Shown: positions 1 through 10,848 of the stretch, in pieces | Layout of the letters: every line of letters starts with the position of its first letter | Numbering within the stretch: position 1 is the first letter of the stretch | Origin: Chiloscyllium plagiosum | Lineage: Eukaryota | Assembly: GCF_004010195.1 (NCBI RefSeq) | Contig: NW_025214472.1 | Coordinates: 1-44,333 of the forward strand | DNA: 44,333 bases | Reading direction: 5' to 3' | Made by a program: the position numbers and the translations under genes | Notes under the pieces: generated by a model | The model's input: only the letters and a program-made list of their open reading frames with translations | Databases searched by the model: none | Told to the model about the DNA's origin: nothing

Positions 1-385
1 GAGAGGCTGAGTGATATCTGTATGATAGAATAGCATTTAGTGGTGACGCATGAACAGAAGGGGTGGTGAGGTGTCCCCAGTGAGTGAGAAGGAAGAAGGA
101 AGAGCAGGAAGGTTTAGTAGTTTGGGAGGATAGAGATAGATGAGAGCTATTGAGTGAATATAATGTTTGCAATAGTGAGAACTACCATTCATGAGTCTTG
201 GTGACAGAATTTAGAGTGAATGTGAGGTAGCAGAGAGAAGATGGTGGAATTTACCCTTATGGAATGCAGAAGATTGTTAACCATCTCCCTACACTGCTGT
301 GTATTGTCTTTCACCCGGGAAACTGCAGTGACCTGGGCCACTATCTCAGTTGAGGTTGGCGAGGTCTGCTCAGCAATTTTGCCTC
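1..385 (-). mobile_element. Harbinger/PIF-type DNA transposon remnant with Myb/SANT-like exon fragment
   Basis: Minus strand 350-255 translates TEIVAQVTAVSRVKDNTQQCREMVNNLLHSIR, followed by a GT donor (gtaaat). This resembles the Myb/SANT-like 'W.EIA..V....RT..QCRK..NDL' motif. Homologous to 20900-21100 (shared gtgaggtagcagagagaagatggtgg). Confidence 0.6.
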
Positions 386-389
386 TTTT

Positions 390-717
390 GTCAATTTCCC
401 CATAACTCTTTAACCCATTACTAATTTTAAAAATCTATCACCTCCTTAAATGTATTCAGGTGTCTCAGCATCAACCTCACTCTGGGACAGTGATGACCTT
501 ATGAAAGTGATAATTCCGCTTCATCTCTGTATTAGACGTGCCACCACATAGCCTAAAACCTCACTTTCTAGACTGCCCCACAAAGGGAAAAATGTGCTGT
601 ATGTCAACCTTGTCAATCCCCTTTACTATATAATAACCTTAATCATATTTCCTCTCATCTAAACTCTACTGAGGCCTAAAATGTTCAATCTCTTCTTGTA
701 ACCTGAGACTTTCGCAA
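390..717 (-). mobile_element. Old CR1 LINE 3' fragment; continues at ~1387-1476
   Basis: Degenerate match to the adjacent younger CR1 (minus strand KKRLNILGL..., equivalent to YEERLSRLGL). Colinear continuation ctaatctagtgaac... at ~1390. Confidence 0.65.
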
Positions 718-1255
718 GAATATAATAACATAAAAAATAGGAGCATGAATAGGCTGTCTGGCTTGTTGAGCCTGTTCTGCCATTCAATAAGATAATAGCT
801 GATCTTTTTGTGGTCTCAACTCCACTTACCCGCCCACTCACCATAATTCTTAATTCCTTTACTGTCCAAAAATCTATCTCCTCCTTAAAAGCATTCAATA
901 AGGGTGGCCTCAACTGCTTCACTGGGCAGGGAATTCCACAGATTGACAACCCTCTGGCTGAAGAAGTTCCTCCTCAACTCAGTCCTAAATCTGCTCCCCT
1001 TTATTTTGAAGCTATGTGGCCTAGTTCTAGTTTCACCCACCAGTGGGAACAACCTCCTTGCTTCTATCTTATCTATTCCCTTCATAATTTCAGATGTTCC
1101 TAAAAGATCCCCACTCATTCTTCTAATTTTCAATGAGTATAGTCCCAGTCTACTCAATCTCTCTTCATAAACTAACCCTCTCAATTCCAGAATCAACCTA
1201 ATGAACCAGCTCTGTAACCCCTTCAGTGCCTGTACATCCTTTCTCATGTAAGGAG
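718..1255 (-). mobile_element. CR1-clade LINE, 5'-truncated 3' end
   Basis: ORF 885-1247: YEERLSRLGLYSL...TRPHSFKIKGSRFRTELRRNFFSQRVVNLWNSLP, the canonical CR1 ORF2 C-terminus, followed by 3' UTR/tail. Confidence 0.92.
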
Positions 1256-1260
1256 TTGAG

Positions 1261-1592
1261 AGATTAAGAGAATAAGAGAGAATGGGTGTGGGGAAGAGGG
1301 TGGGATTTTAGTGACTTTATCAGGAACTGGTAATGTCTTTTGGAAGCAGATAATGTTTGCATGCTCAGCTGAACATTCCCTGAACTGCAACTAATCTAGT
1401 GAACATTCCCTGAACTATTTCCAAAATAATTGTATCCCTCCTCAAGTAAGGGAAATAAAACTGTATGTGGAACTCCCTTCTCAGCTGAGCAGGCAAACAT
1501 TATCTGCTTCCAAAAGACATTACCAGTTCCTGATAAAGTCACTAAAATCCCACCCTCTTCCCCACACCCATTCTCTCTTATTCTCTTAATCT
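1261..1592. repeat. 112-bp inverted repeat (1261-1372 / 1481-1592), 1 mismatch
   Basis: Direct reverse-complement comparison; 108-bp spacer containing a duplicated gaacattccctgaact. Confidence 0.95.
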
Positions 1593-1694
1593 TACATCTC
1601 TGACTCTTGTCAAGTGCAGTGTTCTCTTCTACTGCAAGTACAGAATTCAGGGAGCTCTGCAAATCTGCGTTTGGGGGTTGACATCTGATAGTGT

Positions 1695-1945
1695 TACCCC
1701 ACTCACCTCTCTTCTGAAGTTCTGGATGTCCTGTTACATCCCTGATGTCTCCAGATTAGAGAGGTCACATTGCTGCTGCTCACTTCCTTGACTACTTCCC
1801 ATCCATGCCTGGTCAATGAAGGCATTGTCCCATTACTGCTGGCATTAGGAGGGCTCACCTTCCTGGAGGCTTCCTCAGCTGCACCTGTAATTAAGATAAA
1901 GAGCCAAATCCAGCTTGCCCAGATCCCTTTTACCACTCCTGTGGG
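1695..1945 (-). mobile_element. Second Harbinger-type Myb/SANT-like exon remnant
   Basis: Minus strand ...LTRHGWEVVKEVSSSNV...SEER followed by a gtgagt donor; resembles the degenerate 'AW.EVAEEVSS.S' Myb/SANT-like helix. Confidence 0.45.
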
Positions 1946-2464
1946 AGCTGCAATCTAAAACTCCAAGTCCTGCTCAACATCTTTAAAAGCATACCATGGT
2001 CCTTTTAAGCATAAATCCTACCTCTGTCAAAATAACCACGTCCATCCTGTCCTCCTTAAATGGCTGAGACCTCCAATGCAGGCTTTTAGTAAGCTTGATT
2101 TAGCAAAGATGAACGAAACAGCCTACTACACTGGCAGCTATGTGTTTGACCCAAAAGTGTTCCGAATTCTGAAAAACTAAGATGTTTGGTTAAACCCTAG
2201 GAGTCAGAGTTTTACCTCCTTTCCTCCACCTGACCCAAACAAGAGGAATTAAGATTAATTATACTTGTGCAGTGCCTCTAATTTTAACTCATCGTCGACT
2301 GTTTAATTCTTTGGCCGAGTCAAATTATGTATTCTTCAACATAGTGTTCAACTAGAAACCCTTATTTTAATTAAATTTGCATTCGCCAGCAAATGGAAGC
2401 TTGTTCCATAGATTTCTCCCAGTTCAGTACAAAGTTATTCCCACATTAATTTGGTATACATAAA

Positions 2465-2830
2465 TTTGGTTCAGTAAGTGTGGTGGTATCCTACCTTCTG
2501 AGTTATGGAGCTAACGTATTACAACACTAAACATAATCTCAGTTGATATTTCAGTGAAGTACTGAGGCTAGGTCCACTGTTGAGTGCACCATCCTTCAGA
2601 CGAAGATCATGTCAATTTTTTCCAGGTGATTACCAGGTGATTGAATGAAGAAAGGAAAGTGTTCTTTGGGTGCAATAGCAAGCAAATAAACAGCAATTAA
2701 CTGATCATTTGTCAGTTGGGATACATTGCTTTGCAAATTATTATATTTACCTACATAATATTGGCTGCAAATCAATACTAACTTTAAATAAGAGAGTTTA
2801 AATAAAAGTTCTTGGTATTCTTCAGATTTG
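2465..2830 (+). mobile_element. Ancient Deu-domain SINE (SacSINE1/AmnSINE1-like), degenerate
   Basis: cagtgaagtactgagg...cactgttgagtgcaccatccttcagacga and a downstream ctgatcatt...ttggga...gcaaatt block match my recollection of the DeuSINE consensus. Confidence 0.6.
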
Positions 2831-3454
2831 AAATAACAGAATTTTTGACTGAACCCTGCAGTGAAGATAAAATGACTGCCAACTTCCTCCTGAATAGTAG
2901 ACAACCATTTTCCAGCCCATCTGTACAGGGCAGCCACGCTATTTCACATTGCAGGTTTTTATGAGTCAGTTGCCACAGACAGAAGCAGAAAATTACTCAT
3001 GTGAATAACAAGGACATATATGTGGAAGATTTCTACAAATACAGCTATGCTGGTCAATGGTGTCAGATCTTGAGAATTCTGTCCAATAATGCAAGCAGCA
3101 ACTGTACAATATAAATGTCATATAGTCTATAGCAGCCCAAAATCATTTATCTTATTCAAAATTCAAATCCAGCTTGCCCAGATCCCTTTTACCATTCCTG
3201 TCATAAGACAAAACAATCAAAACAAATTCATCACAAAATAATCATTATTCAATTGAAAAAATGCAAGTTTCATCTATTTATAAAATAAGCTTTTAAAGCA
3301 TAATAGCACAGTCCACAAAGTACAATGCACCACCACCATGATAAAGACATCAAATGGCAGTGTATTTTTATACACCAGAAGACAGAAATAAAATTGTTTT
3401 GTTCCTACAGAATACATTGGACTCAAATAGGATGCAGCCCAATTACATGATTAC

Positions 3455-3535
3455 TGACTCACTATTATTTAGGGACGAGCAATAAATGCTGGTCAGCTAA
3501 TGATGCCCATGTCCCACAAGTGAATTTAAAAAAGA
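3455..3535 (+). mobile_element. 3' tail of CR1/L2-type LINE/SINE family
   Basis: gcaataaatgctgg...gatgcccatgtcccac..tgaatttaaaa; the same tail occurs at ~11550, ~34040 and (reverse) at ~36900 and ~41640. Confidence 0.65.
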
Positions 3536-3875
3536 TTCTCCCAGAAACACATTTCATCAGTTTCTCGTCAAGGTTGTTACTTGAAATATGTTTTATGTGG
3601 TGTTTTTTGAGATTTATTTAAAAATAAAACATTGATAAAAAGTAAACCAGTGAATAAAGAAAGAAGTGAAAATAGATTAAGAATCAGACAATAGATAATT
3701 TTCCATCTCCAGTGTGAGGTATATTATCCATGATATTTGAATGCTTATAATGACCAAGGGCTTAACTTCTTTTCCTTAAAATCATAACCTCAGTGTACCT
3801 GTTGTTTTTTTAACAACGTGCTCCAATTAACTAACTAGTTTATTATTGTCATTTCTAAAAACAACTTCTAATATG

Positions 3876-4320
3876 ACTCGCCTTGGGCCCCTCCCCAGGA
3901 CCTCCACTGCTGCTGCCTGGGACTCAATTTTGGGGCTGCCTGGGACTTGCCTTGGGGGCCCTCCCCAAACAGGTCTGCCCCACTGGGGACCCTCCCCAAA
4001 CAGGTCTGCCCCCTCACCGCTGCGACCAAAGGCCTACCTAGGACTTGCCTGAGGCTTGCCTCCACTGCTGCTGCTGCCTGAGACTTGCCTTGGGCCCCTC
4101 CACCACTACTGCCTGGGACTCAATTTTGGGGCTGCCTGGGACTTGCCTTGGGGACCCTCCCCAACAGGTCTGCACCCACCGCCGTGACTGAGAGCCAACC
4201 TAGGACTCGCCCGAGGCCTGCCTCTACTGCTATTGTCACCTGAGGCCTGCCTCCTCGGCCCCTCCCTACAACCTCCACCACTGCTGCTGCCAGAGGCCCA
4301 CCTCCGCCGCTGCTGCCTGG
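3876..4320 (+). repeat. Tandem ~200-bp monomers in Tx1 5' UTR
   Basis: ctgcctgggactcaattttggggctgcctgggacttgccttgggg occurs at ~3913 and ~4109; ccctccccaaacaggtctgcccc is duplicated inside the first unit. Confidence 0.85.
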
Positions 4321-4346
4321 GGCTTGCCAACATCCAGCAGCAGAGT

Positions 4347-6603
4347 ATGGCGAGCCCGAAGGTCGCACCTACGCCGGGGTAGCCGCTGCCTTGGGCTCAG
4401 CTGTCCCAACCCCAGCTGCGACGTCAACCCCCTTCAGGCACCTGACCAAACACCTGGGGGTCAAGGCCTATCCCCACCCTAACATGTCCATCGAGGCCTG
4501 CAGCAAGGCCATGGCTAGTGTGGTCGGCCCACTGGCCATCGTCGCTGCGGCCCGGATGTACGGGAAGGCTGTCTTTTTCCTGAAGACTGAGCAGGCGGTC
4601 CACCTGGCCGTGGAGAGTGGGCTCACTGTGGGCGGGACACATTTGCCCGTCGACCCTCTGGAGGTTACAGCCCAGAGGGTCGTGATCTCCAACGTCCCGC
4701 CCTTCATTTCGAGTGAGCTCCTTCTTCCCCACCTCACCACCCTAGGGGAGATCCGGTCAGGGGTCCAACCGCTTCTGCTCGGTCTGAAGGACCCTGCCCT
4801 AAGACACATCTACTCCTTCCGACGCCAGGTATTTATTTGCCTGGCCCGGGAGGAAGTCACTGAGGGCAATTTTACCGTCCTCCACGAGGGCGCGGCCTAC
4901 CGCACCTTCTGGACAGCGGATGGCAGTCGGTGCCACCTGTGCCACGAGGTGGGGCGCATAATGAAAAACTGTCCCACCCAGAAGGCTGCCCAGCCCGTGC
5001 CAACGGCTGTTGGTGGTGCCGCCGCACTCACTCCCCCTCCCTCGAAGTCAACACCTCCAGCACCGAAGCCAGGGGCTTGCAATGCTGCAGCCTCTGGCAG
5101 GGAGGGGGGTGAGCGTCCGGCTGGCCAGAAGGCGCGGAAAAAGACGCGACGCGTCAGACCTGCCCACGGGAAGACCACACTATCCCCTTCCCTGGAACCT
5201 AGCCCACGACCTGCCCCGCCCTGGCACGACAATGCCCCTGCGGCCATGCCAGCGTCGCCCCGCACGGGAACCCTGACCCTCAAACCCCTGAACCCATACC
5301 TGATCCTGACCCCACACCTACTCCCCACCCCGATAGAGAAACCCCTCGGGATTCAACGCCTGCCCCTGGCACTGCAACACCTCGCCCGCGGGACCCCGAG
5401 CCCGAGCCCAACCCAGCCACGCCCTGGCACTAACCTGGGGGGAACCACCGCTGCTCCACCTCCTGCAGCGACCGTGTCTCCGGGCCCGGAAAGGGAACTG
5501 GACTCCTGCCCTGCTCACCCCCTCCCTCACCTGATAAACTGGGGCGGGGCAGGAAGTGACACGGCTAACCCTCCCCACACTGGCCACGCCCCCTGTCTTC
5601 CCCCAGCCATTCGTATTCCTGGAAAGGCTGGGGGGAGTGACCTCGGTCCCCATGACCACCGAGGCGGGTGGGGAGGAGAAGGCCTATAAATCCCCCCCAG
5701 TCTCTCTGTGGAAGAGGCACCGGCTCCTGGAGGAGAGAGACACTCCAGCAGCGCCCCTGCCCCTGCCCCTGCCCCTGCCCCTGCCCCTGCCCCGAACCAA
5801 CGGTGCCCCTCGACTGTCCCGCACCGTGGCCTGACTTACCCAAACCCCCAGGGGCTACAGAAGCGCATTCTGCTGCTTCGACTCCTCTGGCCCCTGGGGA
5901 GGACCTGAATAACCACGAGGGCCGTGGTGCGGGCGACGACGGAGGACCCTCTGCTGGGTTGTCGAGTGGTGGAGGGGAGGAGGGTGTTATCCTCGCTCCT
6001 CCCTCCCAGACTGTTTTTCCAGGGGCCTTGACCCTGGGGGATGACCTTTTCCCCGAGGAGCCAGGCGTCCCGGTGTTGGGAGAGGAGCGGGGCCCTGAGC
6101 CTCTGCCGCCCGACGACCTGAACTCGGGGCGTTTCGGGAAGGGGTGTGCTGAGGAAGGTACTGCCGGTGAACCTGGGGGTGGGGTCGCCAGGGGTTTGAG
6201 GCCGGTTGGCGGCGCCGGACCAGCCCCCATCCTCTCGGTGGGGGAGGGGTCGGTGACCGAGGGTGACCTCCCGGAGGAGGGTTCGGGATCGGTGGCGGAC
6301 ACCGGGGACAATGCGGACTCCGTCTGCAGTGACTTTTTTGAGTCCCGGGTGCCCCCCACCGATCTCCCCCTCATCCCCCTCGAGGAACTCCGGGAATTTG
6401 TCGAGGAAACTCGGAGTCGCCGGGATAGAGCCCAACTGGCGCTCGACCGCTGGAGCTCATTCGAGAGGGTTTACTGGTCGGCCCACGCTGCTCGCCAGGC
6501 GCCTGGGCTCGATGTCAATGAGCGAAAGCGAGTCAGGAACTTCCTGGGAGCACTCCTGGTGAGGGCGAGGGACTTCAGTGCCCCTCCCTCGTCCTCCCTG
6601 TAA
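4347..6603 (+). pseudogene. Tx1 ORF1 (gag-like nucleic-acid-binding protein), frameshifted
   Basis: ATG 4347, then RTYAGVAA...VVISNVPPFIS...HIYSFRRQVF and knuckle CHLCHEVGRIMKNC (H>R), a Pro-rich linker, and C-terminal LIPLEELREFVEET...LALDRWSSF ending TAA 6603. At least two frameshifts. Confidence 0.85.
5754..5793 (+). repeat. (CCCCTG)6 microsatellite in the ORF1 linker
   Basis: Seen directly. Confidence 0.95.
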
Positions 6604-6657
6604 ATATATACACAGGTTTGTTAGTTGTACTGGTGGGGGTTGCACAAAGCTTCCGAC

Positions 6658-9600
6658 ATGGAGACGACCATAGCCAGCCTCAACATCAACGGCAGCAGGG
6701 AGTCGCAGCGCAGATTCCAGACCCTCTCGGTCCTTCGGGACGGGAGGTATGCGGTGTGCTTCCTGCAAGAAACCCACACTACCCCGGGAGACGAAGCCAC
6801 CTGGCTCCTGGAGTGGCGAGGAGGGGGGTCTACATGAGTCACCTCACCCGCAGACCTGGCGGGGTGGCTATCCTGTTGGCCCCGCATTTTCAGCCGGAGA
6901 TCTTGGGGGTCAGGGAGCCAGTGCCAGGCCGTTTGCCTCACCTGACGGTCCGGCTGGGGGGCGCGGTGCTTCACTTGGTGAACGTATACGCTCCCCTGGC
7001 CGGGCCGAGGCAAGCGAGCTTCTTCCAAGAAGTGCCCGCTCATCTCGCTTCCATCGACGAGAACCAGTGCGTCGTCCTCGGGAGATTTTAACTGCGTCCT
7101 CGAGGGCAGGGACCACGGCGGTGCCCGCACTGGCTGCGCGTCGGGGAAGAGGTTGGGGGACTTGGTCAAGTCCTTCGACCTGGTGGGCGTCTGGCGGAAT
7201 CTCCATCCCGACTCCATCGCCTTCACCTTCGTGAGGCCTGGGGTCGGAGCGTCCAGAATCGACCGCCTGTACGTTTCGTGAGCGTATGCCTCCTGTTTTC
7301 CGAAGGCCTCCATGTGGCAGGTGTCGTGCACGGACCGTCACCTGGGGTGGGCGGAACTCCTTCCTTTCGGCGCCAGGCTCGGCTCCGCATACTGGCACTT
7401 TAATAACCTGCTGCTGGAGGACGAGCTGTTCCGGGACTCGTTCCCTTGTTTCTGGGCCGGCTGGAGAAGGAAGCGGGGAAGCTTCCCCTCCCTGAGGCTA
7501 TGGTGGGACGTGGGCAAGGGTCACGTCCGCGTCTTCTGTCAGGAGTACGCGAAGGGGTCGACAAAGAGGCGGAAATCCAGGATCGGGGAGTTGGAGACGG
7601 AGTTGCTTGACCTGGAGTCACGCCTCGGTCAGCCCGACGCGGACCCGGCCCTGCGCGGGGCGTACGAAGAGAAGAAGGCCGCGCTCCGGGACCTGCAGCT
7701 CGTCGGGGCTCGGGGCGTGTACGTGAGATCGCGGATCCAGCTCCTCCAGGACCTGGACCACGGTTCCCCCTTCTTCTACTCGCTGGAAGAAAGGCGTGGC
7801 ACGCGTCAGCAGCTCCTTGTGCTGCTGGCCGACGACGGGTCCCTCGTCTCGGATCCGGAGGGCATCAGGGCCCACGTCCGAAACTATTACACGGCTCTGT
7901 TCTCTCTGGATCCGTCCAGTGAGGATGCTCGCAGAGTTCTGTGTGAGGACCTGCCGCAGCTCAGCCCAGAGGACGCCGGAAGGCTCGACGCTCCCGTCAT
8001 CTTAGAGGAGCTGACCGGCGCCCTCGACCGGCTCTCGAGGGGCAAAACCCCGGGGCTGGACGGGCTGACTGTGGAGTTCTTCAGGGCGTTCTGGGACGTC
8101 CTGGGGAGCGACTATGCACAGGTCCTGGGGGACCTTCGTTCCTTAAAGAACTGGTGTCCGGTCTCCCTCCTCAGCACGGATTACAAAATCTTCGCCAGGG
8201 TGTTGTCTTCTCGCCTGGCCCCCGTGCTGGCCCACATGATCCACCCGGACCAGTCCTACACGGTCCCGGGCCGGAGGATACACGACAACGTCCACCTGGT
8301 CCGGGACCTGATCCATTTCTGTCGACGGGCTGGTCTGCCGAGCGCCTTCCTGTCTCTCGACCAGGAGAAGGCGTTCGACAGGGTCGATCACGAGTACCTG
8401 CTCGGGACTCTGCGGGCATTCGGGTTCGGGACGCGGTTCGTTGCCCGGATCTGACTTTTGTACGCCGCCGCAGAGTGTCTGGTTAAAGTTAACGGGTCCC
8501 TGATGGCGCCCCTTCGCTTCGGGAGAGGAGTGCGTCAAGGCTGCCCCCTGTCCGGCCAGCTGTATTCCCTATGCGTGGAGCCTTTCCTGCGCCTCTTGCG
8601 GAGGAGGTTGTCGGGGCTGGTTCTGCGCGGTTGGGCACGGGACTACTGTTCCGGACTACTGGTCGATCCGTGGCGGGTGGACTCTCTGCCGGAGGAGTTA
8701 CGGGGGTTCAGCTGGAGTACCACCCATCTCCTCTACCTGGGGGTCTACCCAAGCCCGGCTGAGGAATCCTGGCAAGCCAACTGGCAGGAGCTGGAGGCCA
8801 AAGTCTCGGCTCGCCTAGGCCGCTGGACAGGACTGTTCCGAGTGCTATCTTACAGGAGTCGAGTGCTGGTCATAAACCAGCAGGTGGCCGCCATGCTGTG
8901 GTACCGGCTGGTCACTTTGGTCCCTCCTCCTGACTTTGTCGCTGACATCCAGAGAATGTTGGTCGACTTCTTCTGGGACAAAAAAGATGCACTGGGTCGC
9001 CGTGCAGGTTCTGAGTCTCCCTATTGAGGAGGGCAGTCAGTCGCTGGTGTGTGTCCGCACCCAGGTCGCGACGTTCCGCCTTCAGACCTTGCGGCGATAC
9101 CTTTACGTCGAGCCTCCTCCTAGGTGGTGCGCCCTGGCGATGTATTTTTTCCGCCAGGTGCGTAACCTCAACTACGACACGCAGCTCCTGTTCATCAACC
9201 GTGACGATTTGGAGGTCGCCCTCAAGACGCTGCCTGTCTTTTACCAGGACCTGATCACTGTCTGGAACATGGTCGAATCGCGTCGCGCCTACCCTCCGGC
9301 TGGAGTAGCGGCTGTTGTCAGGGAGCCGTTGCTCAGGAATCTGCGCCTCCGTACTCGCGGGTTCGAGTGGCTGTCGGAGAGGAAGGCCGTGGTGGCGAGG
9401 GTGACCAGGGTCGCGGACGTGCCGGGTGCCTGGGCTGGACGCTACCGCAGGACATAGCGAGCAGGGCAACGGTAGACGTCCAGTACGTGGCCACCGCCAT
9501 CCGACGCCTTAAAACGGCGGTGCTCGGACCCGACGAAGTGCACCAGTTGGAGGACGCTCAGGTGTGCGGTGGGATCCCGTCCGCGCTCACCCCAGCCCGG

Positions 9601-10343
9601 ACGGAATTTCACATTGGCCCCAAGGTCCCGTACTTCCTGCGGGAGCCTGTGCCCCACAACCTGAGCCGCCTCCGGAATTTTATTTTTGTCCCTTTTTTAA
9701 GGATGTAAAAAGGCGGGCCCTGTATCAACTGCTGCTGCACACCGTCCACCTCTTCTCCCTTATCCACCGTCCAGACATGCATTGGCGTGCCCAGGTGGTG
9801 GGAATCCCCAGTGGAGGGCTCTCTACGTGGGAGTCCTCCCCCTTTCTCTCAGGGATCTGGAGTGGAGGGTGCTACACGCAGCGGTCCCCTGCAACCATAG
9901 ATTGCGGTGGTTCACGGACTCCCAGCCCAACTGCTTGTTTTGTGGCGCTGTGGAGTCTGTGGATCATGTATATATTGGGTGTGGGCGTTTGCACTCCTTT
10001 TTTTGATTTTCTTAAAAACCACCTCTGTTTTTGGTTGCACTTCAGTCCCACGTTCCTGATCTTCGGGCACCCGGTACAGAGGAGGGAGGGCCGGTCTGAA
10101 GACCTCCTCATGGGTCTGTTCCTGGGCCTGGCCAAACTGGCCATCAACAGGTCCAGGCAACGGGCCGTGGAGGGGGTCGTTAGCGCCGACTGCCTGCCCC
10201 TCTTCCGCAGTTACGTTAGGGCCCGGATGTCCTCGGAGAAGGAGCACGCGGTGTCCACCAACACCCTGGAGTTGTTCAGGGAGAGGTGGGTGCCGCAGGG
10301 AGTGGAGTGCTTTATTTCCCCCTCCAACTCTATTTTGATTTAG
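6658..10343 (+). pseudogene. Tx1 ORF2 (APE endonuclease / reverse transcriptase), disrupted
   Basis: IASLNING, FLQETH, VNVYAP, DFNC, SRIDRLY, PGLDGLTVEFF, LSLDQEKAFDRV, GVRQGCPLS, YLGV, CLFCGAVESVDHVYIGC. Stops at 7279 and 8452, several frameshifts, internal deletions at ~8130 and ~8640 (YADD absent). Confidence 0.92.
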
Positions 10344-10540
10344 TCCCTGCCCTCCCCTTCACTGTTTGATCACACAGCATTGCCCTTTGATGTGAAGGGC
10401 ACTGCTTGTCACTGGCTACTCTGATGTTTTCCTATCTTCCTGGTGGTGGAAATCGAATAAAGATTCGTGCACCTTGTGTCTCTCACTGTGTCTCACACCT
10501 GCACACACACACACCATGGGTGCTATAAAAAAAAAATACT

Positions 10541-10836
10541 GGGACGGCACAGTGGTTCAGTGGTTAACACTACTGCTTCACAGCGCCAGGGACTCTGGTT
10601 TGATTCCAGCCTCTGGCAACTGTCTGTGTGGGGTTTGCACTTTCTCCCCGTGTCTGCGTGCGTTTCCTCCCATAGTCCAAAGATTTGCAGATCAGGTGAA
10701 TTGGCCATGCTCCATTGTCCATAGTGTTACGTGCATCATTCAGAGGGAAATAGGTCTTGACGGATTACTCTTTGGAGGGTCGGTGTGGACTTGTTGGGCC
10801 GAAGGGCCTGTTCCCACACTGTAGGGAATCTAATCT
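10541..10836 (+). mobile_element. HE1-type tRNA-derived V-SINE
   Basis: Box A (tggttcagtgg) and box B (ggtttgattcc), V-domain tttgcactttctccccgtgtctgcgtg, CR1-like tail ending tctaatctaa; TSD aaatact at 10534-10540 and 10837-10843. Confidence 0.9.
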
Positions 10837-10848
10837 AAATACTTGAAA

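Larger units (their letters stand above)
3870..10536 (+). mobile_element. Tx1-clade non-LTR retrotransposon, near full length, inactivated (5' end may extend to ~3587)
   Basis: Sharp GC/CpG-rich block with ORF1 (zinc knuckle), ORF2 (APE + RT + CxxC..H..C), 3' UTR with AATAAA and an A10 tail at 10527-10536. Confidence 0.93.

Noticed and set aside
2476..2530. Plus-strand peptide VVVSYLLSYGANV resembling an ankyrin repeat end
   Set aside because: Stop follows within a few codons, there is no exon context, and the sequence is explained as a SINE head.
2596..2937. 113-aa minus ORF
   Set aside because: Non-ATG start, antisense to the SINE, no recognisable motif.
3788..3812. Weak resemblance to U2 snRNA (Keno-type Tx1 target)
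   Set aside because: Only a few matching bases and no U2 sequence after the poly(A).
4424..10247. Many antisense and alternative-frame ORFs
   Set aside because: Expected shadows of a GC-rich retrotransposon.
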